64,000 nt of DNA from Vicinamibacterales bacterium (GTDB taxonomy: Bacteria > Acidobacteriota > Vicinamibacteria > Vicinamibacterales > JAMQPK01), in assembly GCA_963825295.1 (NCBI GenBank), contig CAWGSZ010000009.1, positions 1,718,329 through 1,782,328 on the forward strand, written 5' to 3'. Both the position numbers and the translations under genes were made by a program. Shown in pieces: positions 33,910 to 44,446 of this stretch. The notes under the pieces are model-generated. The model had not been told where the DNA came from, searched no databases, and was given only the letters and a program-made list of their open reading frames with translations. Within the stretch, counting starts at the first letter, position 1. Each line of letters starts with the position of its first letter.

Positions 33910-35385
33910 GCGTTTCTGGCAGGCGCGGCCGAACTGAAGTTCGGCACTACCGAGGACGTCTTCCACGCGTCGAGGTCGGCCAGGGCGCGTTCCGAGATCG
34001 CAAGTTTCCGCTTCTGCTTGTCGCGAATGTGCGCGGCCGGCGGCTCCATGATACCGAAGGTGATGTTGGTCGGCTGATAGTCGTGCGGGTTCGCGTGAGA
34101 CACGTAGAAGGCGAGCGCGCCGATGGCCGTCGTGCGTGGGGGCACCCGCAGAACGTCACCACGCGTCAGCGCCGCCGCGTTCGAGCCGGCGAGGAGACCC
34201 GAAGCGGCCGATTCGACGTAGCCCTCAACGCCGGAAATCTGCCCGGCAAAAAACAGGAAGGGGTTCGTTCGCGTCTGCCACGTCTCGTGCAGGACGGTCG
34301 GCCCGTTGATGTAGGTGTTGCGGTGCACCATCCCGAACCGCACGAACTCGGCGTGCTCGAGACCGGGAATCATGCGCAGCACCCTCGCCTGCTCTCCCCA
34401 CTTCAGCTGCGTCTGAAAGCCGACCAGGCTGTAGTGGTCGCCGGCCAGATTGTCCTGGCGCAGCTGCACGGCGGCGTACGGCTGCCGCCCGGTGCGGGGG
34501 TCGGTGAGCCCGACGGGCTTCATCGGACCGAAGCGCAGCGTATCTTCGCCGCGATGCGCCATCACTTCGATGGGCAGGCAGCCTTCGAAGAATTTCTCCT
34601 TGTCGAAATCGTGCACGGTCGCCGATTCAGCCGTCGTGAGCGCTGCATAAAACGCGCGGTACTCCGTCCGCATTCATCGGGCAGTTCAGATAATCGCCCT
34701 GGCCGTCATCGGTGCCGCACATTTTTTGACTGTCGACTGGCGACTGTTGACTAGCGACTGTCGACTCTTCTGAGCTAATCCCTAATCCCCGATCCCCAAT
34801 CCCTGGATTGGCCCCTGGATTGCGCCGAACGCTCCGGTCCCAGCGTGAGGCACGAAATACCTTCTCCATGTCGATCGTCTCGGCAAGGACGATCGGGCTG
34901 ATCGCGTCGTAGAAATACAGATGCTCGCTGCCGATCAGGCTCACGATGGCCGCCGACAACGCCGGCGACGTCAGCGGACCTGTCGCGATGATGACCGGCG
35001 ATTCCAGCGTCGCGGCGGGAATCGACGTCATCTCCTCCCGCGAAAGGGTAATGAGCGGATGTTCGTGGACCGCCTGCGTCACCGACCGCGCGAAGAGATC
35101 GCGATCGACGGCCAGCGCGGCTCCCGCCGGCACGCGCGCGAGCTCGGCGGCGTGCATGACGAGCGAGTCGAGCCGGCGCATCTCCTCTTTCAGGAGCCCG
35201 ACGGCATTGTCCAGCTTGTCTCCCCGGAACGAGTTGCTGCAGACGAGCTCGGCGAGCCGGTCGGTTTTGTGGACGTCGGTGGGCCGGACGGGCCGCATCT
35301 CGTGAATGGTGACGGGAACGCCGCGCGAGGCCGCCTGCCACGCCGCCTCACAACCGGCCAGGCCGCCGCCAATTACATGAACCAT
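33906..35385 (-). CDS. trmFO: tRNA (uracil-54) methyltransferase TrmFO; frameshift near 34675
   Basis: [52 protein letters not shown]. Confidence 0.95.
33928..33950 (-). repeat. GTAG-type REP in the trmFO 3' end
   Basis: Minus strand GTAGTGCCGAACTTCAGTTCGGC. Confidence 0.8.
34727..34822 (+). repeat. Two stacked heptamer arrays (CGACTGT-type and AATCCC(T/C)-type), in frame inside trmFO
   Basis: Encodes [32 protein letters not shown] between SRWD and GDYLNCP. Confidence 0.88.
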
Positions 35386-35390
35386 GTCAG

Positions 35391-35470
35391 GGCAGATGGC
35401 AGATGGCGGATGGCAAGCGGCACGTGGTAGTGACTGGGCCTAATCCCAAATCCCTAATCCCCAATCCCTA
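35391..35470 (+). repeat. ATGGCAG-type array (35391-35428) plus an AATCCCN array (35439-35470) filling the topA-trmFO spacer
   Basis: Read directly. The second array contains the topA TAG. Confidence 0.88.
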
Positions 35471-37899
35471 GGCAGGTACCGCCTCTTCGAGCGGCGCGTC
35501 CTTCGCGAACGAGCAATCGTCCTTGCTGCAGACGAGCTGGCGCCCCGCCTTCTTCGTGATCTTCTCGAGCAGGAACGGCGTGCCGCAATCGGGACACGCT
35601 TCGGGAATCGGCTTCTTCCAGAGCGTGAAGTCGCAGTCGGGGTAGTTGGCGCACCCGTAGAAGACCTTGCCGCGTCGCGACTTTCGCTCGACGATGTCGC
35701 CCGCGTCCTTCGGACAGGGAACGCCCGTGGCCTTCATCTTGACGTACTTGCAGTTGGGATAGTTCGTACACGCGGTGAACTCGCCGAAGCGCCCCTGCTT
35801 GATGACGAGGTTCGACTGGCACTTCGGGCACTTCTCGTCCAGAATCTGGTCGGGCTTGGCGGCCTTCATCGCGCCGCCGGCCGAAATAATCTTCCTCGTC
35901 GTTTTGCATTCGGGATAGCCGGTGCACGCGAGGAACTGGCCGAACCGGCCGCGCTTGACGACCATCGGCTTGCCGCAGTTCTCGCATGTCTCGTCCTGCG
36001 TTTCGTCGACGTCCGCGTTGGGCTCGCTCTTCTCGAGCTCGCGCGTGTTGGTACAGTCGGGATAGCCGCTGCAGGCGACGAACGGTCCGAACTTGCCGAC
36101 CTTGATGACCATGCCCTTGCCGCAGCGATCGCAGATTTCCTCGGTCTTGATGCCTTCCTTGAGGTTCTGCATTTCCTTGCCGGCTTTGGCGAGGTCTTTC
36201 TTGAACTTCTTGTAAAAGCTGGTGAGGGTGCCCTTGTAGTCGGCTTTCCCCTGCTCGATGCGATCGAGATCTTCCTCGAGGCTGCGCGTGTACTCGACGT
36301 CGAGAATGTCGTCGAAGCTCTTGATGAGCAGGTCGGTGATGATCAGGCCGAGCGCCGTCGGCTTGAACTTGCCTTCCACCTTGTTGGCGTACTCGCGGTC
36401 CTGCAGCACGCCGATGATCGACGCGTAGGTGCTGGGCCGGCCGATGCCGTTCTCTTCGAGCTCTTTCACGAGCGTCGCCTCGGTAAATCGCGGCGGCGGC
36501 TGCGTGAACTTCTGCTCGGGACGCAGCGTCCTCAGCTCGAGCTTGTCGCCTTCGGCGAGCGGAGGCAGCACACCCGACGCGCTCTCGTCGTCGTCTTTGT
36601 CCTTCTCCGTTTCGGGCTTGTCCTCGGCCGACGTCGGCATCCCGTAGGCCGCCTGCCAGCCCGGGAACTTCGGCACCGTACCCTTGACACGGAACACGTA
36701 CTCGCCGGCCGCGATGTCGACGATCGTTTCGTCGAAGGTCGCCGGCGGCATCTGCGACGCCACGAAACGGTTCCAGATGAGGCGGTAAATCGAGGTACTG
36801 CTCCGACGTCAGGAACGGCCTGACTTTTTCCGGGTCGTACTCCATCGACGTCGGCCGGATGGCTTCGTGCGCGTCCTGGGCATCGGCCTTGGCCTTGAAC
36901 GCGTTGGGTTTTTCGGGCACGTATTCGGCCCCGAAGGCCTCGCCGATGTGCGCCCGCACGGCGGTCAACGCATCGTCGGACACCCGGGTCGAATCGGTAC
37001 GCATATAAGTAATGAGGCCGACCGGGCCCTCGACCCCCAGGCCCGGAAGCTCGATGCCCTCGTAAAGCTGCTGGGCAATCTGCATCGTGCGCTTCACGGG
37101 GTACCGCGCAGTCTGCTGGAGCTTGCTGGTAATGAATGGAGGCGCGGCGTTGCGCTTGCGCTCTTTGGTGGCCACCGAGGAGACGACCCACGACGCGCCT
37201 TCGAGATCGCGCAGCACGTCCTTCGACCGCGCTTCGTCGCCGATCTTGATGTTTTCGTCGCGGTGCTTGACCAGCTTGGCCTCGAACTCGGGCGGAACGG
37301 GACCGGCGAGCGAGGCAAACAGGTGCCAGTACTCCTCCGGCCACGAATCTCGAGATCTCCTGCTCGCGATCGCAGATGAGCTTCAGCGCCACGGACTGGA
37401 CGCGCCCCGCGCTCAGACCGCGGCGCACCTTGTCCCAGAGGATGGGGCTGATCTTGTAGCCCACGAGGCGATCGAGCACGCGGCGCGCCTGCTGCGCGTC
37501 GACCATCTTCATGTCGATCTGGCCCGGATGGTTCATCGCTTCCTGCACCGCCTTCTTCGTGATCTCGTTGAACATGAGGCGGTGGATCTTCTTCTTCTTC
37601 GTGCCGAGCTCTTCGGCGAGATGCCAGCCAATGGCTTCGCCTTCGCGGTCGGGGTCGGTGGCGATGTAGATGTCGGTGGCGTCCTTCGCCGCGCTCTTCA
37701 GCTCGGCGATCACTTTCTTCCGGGCGGCGATCGGTTCGTACACCGGCGCGAAGCCTTCGTCGACGTCGACGCCGAGCTTGCTCTTCGGCAGATCGCGAAC
37801 GTGTCCCATCGACGCAAGCACCTTGTACTCGCGCCCGAGATACTTGTTGATTGTCTTAGCCTTCGCCGGTGATTCGACGACGACGAGATTTTTTGCCAT
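35468..37899 (-). CDS. topA: DNA topoisomerase I; frameshifts near 36790 and 37340
   Basis: [46 protein letters not shown]-terminal zinc ribbons. Confidence 0.96.
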
Positions 37900-37916
37900 G
37901 GGACCTTTCGAATACC

Positions 37917-38810
37917 TTAGCACGGCCGCCGAAATCGTACGAATCGGCCGCCCTCCACGCGACCGATCGCACCCGCGAGCTCCAGCTCGAGCAGCCGCGG
38001 CAGCAGCTTCACACGATCGACGCCCGAGCGTTCTGCGATCTCGTCGAGATCGCAGGCGTCGCCCTCCTCCATCGAACGGAGAACCGGATCGTGAGACGCA
38101 AGATTAGGCGTGGGGGGTTCTTTTCCACGACTAATCCCCAATCCCAAATCCCCAATCCCTGGAGAGATCTCTTCCAAGATATCGTCCACACACTCGACGA
38201 GCTTTGCACCATCGCGCAGCAGGGCGTGCGCCCCGCAGTTCCGCCCGCCGAGCACATTGCCCGGAACTGCAAGCACGGCGCGCCCCTGCTCGAGCGCGAA
38301 GTCGGCGGTGATGAGCGAACCGCTGCCCTCTGCCGCCTCCACGACCACCACCGCCAGCGAGAGCCCGCTGATGATCCGATTCCGCTGCGGAAAGTTTGAT
38401 TTCAAAGGAGGTGTGCCCGGATCGAACTCGCTGACGAGCGCCCCGCAGGTGACGATGCGCGCGGCGAGCGCGCGATGTTCGGGCGGGTAGATGACGTCGA
38501 CGCCGCAACCGAACACCGCAACGGTCGCGCCCCCACCGTCGAGCGCGCCACGGTGCGCGGCGGAATCGACGCCGCGCGCCATGCCGCTGACGACGATCAC
38601 CCCGCGGCGTGCGAGATCGGCACCAAGCCTGTACGCCACTTCGAGGGCGTACGGCGACGCGCGGCGCGAGCCGACGATGGCCACCGACGGCACGCGGAGG
38701 ACGTCGACACCCCCTCTGACCCAGAGCGACGATGGCGGATCGTGAATGGCGGCCAGGGCGGTGGGATAACGGAGATCGCCTGTAGATATTGCACAAATCT
38801 TGGCGCTCAC
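37917..38810 (-). CDS. dprA: DNA-processing protein DprA
   Basis: [39 protein letters not shown]. Confidence 0.95.
   Translation of the reverse strand: MSAKICAISTGDLRYPTALAAIHDPPSSLWVRGGVDVLRVPSVAIVGSRRASPYALEVAYRLGADLARRGVIVVSGMARGVDSAAHRGALDGGGATVAVFGCGVDVIYPPEHRALAARIVTCGALVSEFDPGTPPLKSNFPQRNRIISGLSLAVVVVEAAEGSGSLITADFALEQGRAVLAVPGNVLGGRNCGAHALLRDGAKLVECVDDILEEISPGIGDLGLGISRGKEPPTPNLASHDPVLRSMEEGDACDLDEIAERSGVDRVKLLPRLLELELAGAIGRVEGGRFVRFRRPC
38131..38160 (+). repeat. AATCCCN array in frame in the dprA linker
   Basis: Encodes [10 protein letters not shown]. Confidence 0.88.
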
Positions 38811-38899
38811 GACTGCTCCTTGGCGCAGCGCGAGCCGGTACCTGACCTAAAGTAATACTAAGCCCGGCCGGGCTTCCCTGCTATAGTGGAAGTGTCCTT

Positions 38900-39253
38900 A
38901 TGCTAGGGCGTTTCCTCACCATCTTTGGGCTCTTGATCTCGCTCGGCGGCGTGGCCTACGCGGACGCGCGGGCCGACGCCAAGGCACAGGTGGAATTCGG
39001 GATCTCGGTGGCGCAGCGCGGGTTGTGGAAGGAAGCCATTTATCGGTGGGAGCGCGCGACGCAGATCGATCCCACCTATGCGGCGGGGTTCAACAATCTC
39101 GCGGTCGCCTACGAGCACGAAGGCATGCTCGACAAGGCCGCCGAGGCGTACGAGCGCGCGCTGAAGCTGGAGCCGAACAACGCGCTGGTGCGGCAGAATT
39201 TCGAGCTGTTCAAGGAAATCCATGACCGGACGAATCAGTCTCAAACTCCTTAG
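38900..39253 (+). CDS. Exported TPR protein
   Basis: Signal peptide; TPR motif NNLAVAYE..A.EAYERALKLEPNN. Confidence 0.85.
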   Translation: MLGRFLTIFGLLISLGGVAYADARADAKAQVEFGISVAQRGLWKEAIYRWERATQIDPTYAAGFNNLAVAYEHEGMLDKAAEAYERALKLEPNNALVRQNFELFKEIHDRTNQSQTP

Positions 39254-40002
39254 CTGCGTCCTGGCGGCTGGCGTCGCCGGTTGCGCCAGCTTTTACGAGA
39301 TTCCGATCGAGACCCCGATCGCGGCCAAGCTCGACGTGTCGGCCTTCCAGCGCGTCTTCATTGCCGGGTTCATCTCGGGCGGCACCGAAGACGTCGACGG
39401 CAACCTCGAGACCGTCCGCCTGTTGCGCAGCCAGCTTCGCATGAAGTCGGGCCTGCGCGTCATCGACGCCGATGTGCTGCCGCTCATGGAAGTCGCCGCG
39501 GGACGCGGACCCGAGGGCCAGGCTGCCGGACCGAGCGCGGAGCCCGCGCAGTCGACAGAGCCGGTGGCGATCAAGAACGAAAAAGATCTGCAGCCCTACG
39601 AGCACATCTTCGCCGACGCCGACTACTGGAAGCGGATTGGCGAGGAATATCAGAATCCGCTCATCGTCACCGGCACCGTGCTGTTCATCCCGCATTCGCA
39701 GTCGGGCATGGTGCAGCGCGAGCGCGAAACGTTCGACCGCCTGGGCCGCCGCTACATCGAGCCGGTGCGCGAGTACATGGAGCGTAAGGGCTTCATCCTG
39801 CAGGAGAAGTTCATCTTCATCGACGGCCGTTCGGGCGCCCAGATCTATTCCGAGGCGCTGCGCGAAGAGCGGCTCTACAACCAGAACGACAACACGCCCG
39901 CGCTTTCGTCCTACTTCGAGCTGATGGACGAAATCCTGCCGCGCTTCCTGAGCACGCTCAGCACGCAAAGGGTCAGGGGCTCAAGAGTACCTGATCAAGT
40001 AG
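39222..40002 (+). CDS. Hypothetical lipoprotein (3' end uncertain)
   Basis: Lipobox VAGC. The ORF runs into the repeat after a probable frameshift near 39990. Confidence 0.65.
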
Positions 40003-40060
40003 GTTCCAGGGTTCCGGTTCCCGTTCCGGTTCAGGTTCCCGCGGTTCCGGGGTTCTGTTC
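40002..40060 (+). repeat. GGTTCC-core short tandem array
   Basis: ggttccagggttccggttcccgttccggttcaggttcc... Confidence 0.75.
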
Positions 40061-40147
40061 AAGATGCGCCGTAAACCGTTCATAATGCACGATTAGCGGC
40101 TGTGATATAATCTTGTGTTCCGATAGCGAATCAAGGGAGGACTGTTC

Positions 40148-40462
40148 GTGTACGCCATCATCCAAGCCGGGGGTCGTCAAGTGAAGGTCGTGCCAGGCGC
40201 CACCGTCGAGCTCGACGGGAAAGCCGCCGAAGCTGGCAAGCAGGTGACCTTCGATCAGGTGCTGTTTCTGGCGAAGGACGGCGGTGAGGTGACCGCCGGG
40301 GCCCCGTTTGTGAGCGGCGCGAAAGTACTGGGCGTCGTCGATGGGGAATCGCGCGGGCCGAAGGTGCGCGTCTTCAAGAAGAAGCGCCGCAAAGGCTTCC
40401 GCAAGCAGGCCGGACACCGCGCGTTCTACACGCGCGTGCGGATTACCGACATCGTCGGCTGA
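40148..40462 (+). CDS. rplU: 50S ribosomal protein L21
   Basis: [24 protein letters not shown]. Confidence 0.96.
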   Translation: MYAIIQAGGRQVKVVPGATVELDGKAAEAGKQVTFDQVLFLAKDGGEVTAGAPFVSGAKVLGVVDGESRGPKVRVFKKKRRKGFRKQAGHRAFYTRVRITDIVG

Positions 40463-40466
40463 AGCA

Positions 40467-40494
40467 CACTTTTTACTTTCTACTTTCTACTTTC
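40467..40494 (+). repeat. TACTTTC heptamer array
   Basis: cactttttactttctactttctactttc. Confidence 0.88.
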
Positions 40495-40505
40495 GAGTTA
40501 CACCC

Positions 40506-40763
40506 ATGGCTCATAAAAAAGGACAGGGCAGCTCCCGCAACGGCCGCGACAGCAATTCGCAGCGGCTGGGCGTCAAGCGCCACGACGGCAACATCGTGAC
40601 CGGCGGATCGATTCTCGTGCGCCAGCGCGGACGCCGTTTCCAGCCCGGCCTCAACGTCGGGCTCGGCAAAGACGACACGCTCTTCGCGAAGGTCGCCGGT
40701 CGCGTGCGTTTCGAAGACCACGGCGCCCGTGGCCGCCGCATCAGCGTGCTGCCCCTTGAGTGA
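40506..40763 (+). CDS. rpmA: 50S ribosomal protein L27
   Basis: [21 protein letters not shown]. Confidence 0.97.
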   Translation: MAHKKGQGSSRNGRDSNSQRLGVKRHDGNIVTGGSILVRQRGRRFQPGLNVGLGKDDTLFAKVAGRVRFEDHGARGRRISVLPLE

Positions 40764-40768
40764 CACTG

Positions 40769-40890
40769 GAAAGGTGAAAGTAAAAAGGTGAAAGTAAAAA
40801 GTTGAAGGTAGAAAGTCTTCACTTCTTACTTTTGACTTTTCACTTTTCACTTTTGACTTTTCACTTTTTACTTTTCACTTTCACTTTCAC
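40769..40890. repeat. Gene-less inverted heptamer hairpin (GAAAGT(A/G) arm 40769-40816; (C/T)ACTTTT arm 40820-40890)
   Basis: AT-rich arrays read directly between rpmA and obgE. Confidence 0.9.
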
Positions 40891-40899
40891 GCCCCTCCC

Positions 40900-41979
40900 A
40901 TGTTCGTCGACGAAGTCGACATCCTCGTAGAGGCCGGCGCGGGCGGCGCCGGCGCCATGAGCTTCCGGCGCGAGAAGTTCGTTCCTCGCGGCGGACCGGA
41001 CGGCGGCGACGGCGGCAAGGGCGGATCGGTGTATGCCCTCGCCAGCCCCCATCTCAACACCCTCGTCTCCTATCGCTTCAATCGCGAGTTTCACGCAAAA
41101 CGCGGCGGTCACGGCGAAGGGTCGAATCGAACCGGCCGCGACGCCGACGATCTCGAGCTGGCAGTGCCGGTCGGCACGCTGATCTACGCAAAGCCGGCGG
41201 AGCCCGGCGACGAAACGGTACTCATCGGCGATCTCGTCAATGCCGGCCAGCGGGTGCTCCTCGCGCAGGGTGGCATCGGCGGACGCGGGAACGCGCGGTT
41301 TGCCAGTTCGACCAACCGCGCCCCTCGCCGATTCGAGGAAGGTACGCCCGGGGAAACGAGGCAGCTGCAGCTTCATCTGAAGCTCCTCGCCGACGTGGGA
41401 CTCGTGGGATTCCCCAACGCGGGGAAATCGACGCTGATCTCGCGCATTTCGGCGGCGCGGCCCAAGATTGCCGACTACCCGTTCACGACGCTCATTCCGA
41501 ATCTCGGCGTGGTGTCGCTCGGAGACAACCGCAGCTTCGTCGTCGCGGACGTCCCCGGGCTCATCGAAGGTGCGCACGAAGGCCGCGGGCTCGGCGATCG
41601 CTTTCTGAAGCACCTCGATCGCACGAGGGTGCTTATTCACCTCGTCGACGTGTCCGGCGCGTCTGGCCGCGATCCGATCGAGGATTTCGAGACAATACGG
41701 CGTGAACTGTCGCTCTTCAACGACAAGCTCGCCTCGAAGCCCCAGATCGTCGCGGCCACGAAGATGGACTCGGTCACCGACCCGTCTTCGGTCGATGCGC
41801 TGGGCGCGTACGTGGCGGCGCGCGATCTGCCCTTTCATCGGATTTCAGCGGTCACCGGCGAGGGACTGACTACGCTGCTGGAAACCGCATGGAAATATCT
41901 GACAGTCGCCGAGGGCGAGCCTGCACAGGCCGAGCCCGAGGTGGTTGCTCGGCGTGCGGGAGCACGCCGAGAAGACTAG
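40900..41979 (+). CDS. obgE: GTPase ObgE
   Basis: [40 protein letters not shown]. Confidence 0.97.
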   Translation: MFVDEVDILVEAGAGGAGAMSFRREKFVPRGGPDGGDGGKGGSVYALASPHLNTLVSYRFNREFHAKRGGHGEGSNRTGRDADDLELAVPVGTLIYAKPAEPGDETVLIGDLVNAGQRVLLAQGGIGGRGNARFASSTNRAPRRFEEGTPGETRQLQLHLKLLADVGLVGFPNAGKSTLISRISAARPKIADYPFTTLIPNLGVVSLGDNRSFVVADVPGLIEGAHEGRGLGDRFLKHLDRTRVLIHLVDVSGASGRDPIEDFETIRRELSLFNDKLASKPQIVAATKMDSVTDPSSVDALGAYVAARDLPFHRISAVTGEGLTTLLETAWKYLTVAEGEPAQAEPEVVARRAGARRED

Positions 41980-41982
41980 ACG

Positions 41983-42627
41983 ATGCCGGCCACGTCACCG
42001 CGAATAGGTATTCTCGGCGGGACATTCGATCCGATCCATCTGGGCCACCTCGAGGCCGCCTCGGCCGCCAGGCGCGAGCTGTCGCTCGATCGGATTCTGA
42101 TCCTGCCCGCGCGCACGCCGCCCCATCGCAGCATCGAGCCGCGCGCGTCCGTGTTTCACCGGTTCGCGATGGCGGCACTCGCCGCGGCCGAACGCGATAT
42201 GATCGTGTCGGATCTGGAGCTCCAGCGCGAGGGACCGTCCTTTACGGCGCTCACGCTCGAGGCACTCCACCGCGATGGATATGCGCCGTCACATTTGTAT
42301 TTCATTACGGGCAGCGATGCGTTCGCCGAAGTGAATACCTGGTACGACTATCCACGCATCCTCGGTCTCGCGAACTTCGTGGTCGTGTCGCGTCCGGGCG
42401 CTCCACGCCCGGCCGACCTAATCCCTAATCCCCAATCCCCAGTCCCTGATCCGATACGGCCGACCGTCTTATCGGTGGAGGCCGATACGCCGAACGTGTC
42501 ATCCACCGAGATTCGACGCCGTGTCGGCGCCGGCGAGCCGATTGAAAGTCTCGTGCCGTCGAGCGTGGCCGGCCACATCCGCCGGAATCGCTTGTACGTG
42601 CCGGCACCAGTCGCGGCGGTGTTGTGA
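41983..42627 (+). CDS. nadD: Nicotinate-nucleotide adenylyltransferase
   Basis: GGTFDPIHLGH, FITGSDAF, VSSTEIR. Confidence 0.95.
   Translation: MPATSPRIGILGGTFDPIHLGHLEAASAARRELSLDRILILPARTPPHRSIEPRASVFHRFAMAALAAAERDMIVSDLELQREGPSFTALTLEALHRDGYAPSHLYFITGSDAFAEVNTWYDYPRILGLANFVVVSRPGAPRPADLIPNPQSPVPDPIRPTVLSVEADTPNVSSTEIRRRVGAGEPIESLVPSSVAGHIRRNRLYVPAPVAAVL
42417..42452 (+). repeat. AATCCCN array in frame in nadD
   Basis: Encodes LIPNPQSPVPDP. Confidence 0.88.
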
Positions 42628-43031
42628 CCCCAGCTCGCAAACGTTCATCGAAAAAATTCCCCGCCCAGGTACAGCGGGCCATCGAGGCCGCACAGGATCG
42701 CAAGGCCGTCGACGTCGTGGTACTCGACCTCCGTCCGGCCAACGGGTTCACGGACTACTTCGTGATCATGACCGGCGCCAACACCCGGCAGATTCAGGCC
42801 ATCTCGGACGCCATCCAGGATGCGCTCGGCTCGACCGGCGTGAAGCCGGCGCATGTGGAGGGCGGCGATCGCGCCGGGTGGATCCTGCTCGACTACTTCG
42901 ATTTCATCGTGCATATCTTCAGCCCCGACTCGCGCGCGTTTTACGCATTGGAGCGACTGTGGGGATCTGCCGAACGCATCGACGTGGCTGAACCGAAACC
43001 TCAACGACAGGGACTTGGGATTAGGGATTAG
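42624..43031 (+). CDS. rsfS: Ribosome silencing factor
   Basis: DRKAVDVVVLD, DYFVIMTG, WILLDYFDFIVHIF..R.FYALERLW. Confidence 0.95.
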   Translation: MTPARKRSSKKFPAQVQRAIEAAQDRKAVDVVVLDLRPANGFTDYFVIMTGANTRQIQAISDAIQDALGSTGVKPAHVEGGDRAGWILLDYFDFIVHIFSPDSRAFYALERLWGSAERIDVAEPKPQRQGLGIRD

Positions 43032-43032
43032 G
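43010..43032 (+). repeat. GGGATTA array (left arm of cassette 1); supplies the rsfS C-terminus and stop
   Basis: gggacttgggattagggattagg. Confidence 0.9.
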
Positions 43033-43104
43033 CTGCCGCAGATTTTGAGACAAACATGACGCCAAAGTGCGGCATTTTTTGCTCATGTCCCCCAAACCTC
43101 CACA

Positions 43105-43139
43105 CAAATCCCTGATTCAGTAGTGGGCATGCGCCTTGC
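43105..43139 (+). promoter_or_regulatory. IHF site plus sigma54 -24/-12 motif
   Basis: Reverse complement of 43105-43117 is AATCAGGGATTTG, matching WATCARNNNNTTR. GGGCATGCGCCTTGC at 43125-43139. Confidence 0.7.
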
Positions 43140-43152
43140 CTTCAAAGGCCGC

Positions 43153-43539
43153 ATGACACATATCAATTCGTTCAAAGATCTTGTCGTCTGGCAAGCGAGC
43201 ATGGACCTGGTGGATGTTTGCTTCGACATCGTTGAGGCGATCCAACATCCCTATCGATTCGTTCTTGCTGACCAACTCCTGCCTTCTGGAATTTCGATTC
43301 CTTCCAACATTGCCGAAGGCAGTCGCCGACCAACGAAGGCATACCTCAACCATCTGTCGATTTCGCTCGGCTCGCATGCTGAGGTGGAAACACTGTTCGA
43401 GGTCATCCATCGACGAAGGCTTGTGCCGGAACCGTTGTTGGCAAGGGGCGTGGGAGTCGCGGACCCCGTCGGAAAAATGCTGCACGGCCTTGCTGAATCG
43501 CTGGAATTGCGTCTTGCAAATGAGCGCACGGAGGCGTGA
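43153..43539 (+). CDS. Four-helix-bundle protein (23S rRNA IVP / Avd-like)
   Basis: SFKDLVVWQ, L.DQL..SGISIPSNIAEG, LSISLGSHAEVET. Confidence 0.9.
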   Translation: MTHINSFKDLVVWQASMDLVDVCFDIVEAIQHPYRFVLADQLLPSGISIPSNIAEGSRRPTKAYLNHLSISLGSHAEVETLFEVIHRRRLVPEPLLARGVGVADPVGKMLHGLAESLELRLANERTEA

Positions 43540-44385
43540 CACGCCTGACTGTTCTAATCCCTAATCCCCACTCCCTAATCACTGACGCCACCAGGGTCAC
43601 GGGAAACAGTCTGGTAGCGGCGTTGCTGGCGCCAGCCTGCGCCGTGTGTGACACGGTCCTCGACGAACCCTTGTCCGGCTGCGTGTGCCGAACCTGCTGG
43701 GCAGCTATCAGGCCGATCACTCCGCCGGTGTGCGACGCGTGCGGCGACCCGCTCGCGCGCCGGGCCCAGTCACCACTCACCAGTCTCCGAACACCTGATG
43801 ACACCGAATCCCTAATCCCTAGCCCCCATCCCCAGTCCCTCTGCGCGTTGTGTGGGAGGCATCGCTCCACCATCACTCGCGCACGGGCCGTCGGCGAGTA
43901 CCGAGGGCGCGCTCAGAGACATCATCCACGCGCTGAAGTACGGTGGTCGCCGGTCGCTGGCACGTCCCCTTGCCGCCCTGATGCGCGATCGAGGGGCCGA
44001 ACTTCTCACCGGGGCCGATTGTGTGGTGCCGGTCCCGCTTCACTGGAGGCGGGAATACTCACGCGGCTTCAATCAGGCCCGGGAGCTGTGCCGGCATCTT
44101 GGCTTGCCGGTGGTCGAGGCCTTGCTTCGCGCACGGCACACACGAGCGCAGGTCGAGCTGGTCGCCGATCGCCGCCGGGCAAACGTCGCAGGCGCGTTCC
44201 GCCTGCGTCGCGGTCTGCTGTCCAGGCCGCGCATCTCGGAAACGAAGGTGTTGCTCATCGACGATGTGAGCACGACCGGCGCGACGTTGGAATCCTGTGC
44301 CCGGGTGCTGAAGGAGTCGGGGGCCGCCGAGGTCTTAGCGCTCACGACCGCACGCGTCGTCACGCGCGGCCGCGCCGCCGGGTAG
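43536..44385 (+). CDS. comF: ComF family protein; frameshift near 43900
   Basis: Double zinc ribbon (CAVC, CRTC, CDAC, CALC), VPVPLH..RGFNQ, LLIDDVSTTGATL. Confidence 0.9.
43554..43580 (+). repeat. TAATCCC array (right arm of cassette 1)
   Basis: ctaatccctaatccccactccctaatc, inverted relative to 43010-43032. Confidence 0.9.
43807..43840 (+). repeat. Degenerate AATCCCT array in frame in the comF zinc ribbon
   Basis: Encodes SLIPSPHPQSL between CDAC and CALC. Confidence 0.85.
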
Positions 44386-44446
44386 GCCATTTGCTGCGTA
44401 TGTATTATCTGGCGAAGGCTGCGACGAGACTGAGCGTACGCAGTCC

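Noticed and set aside
38811-38840. sigma54 promoter for dprA (GG-N10-GC on the minus strand)
   Set aside because: Poor match at the -12 element (no TTGC), and an ordinary AAGGAG SD is present. A chance match is likely at this GC content.
43153-43539. Diversity-generating retroelement (Avd-like gene)
   Set aside because: No reverse transcriptase and no TR/VR pair with adenine-specific mismatches were seen in the window.
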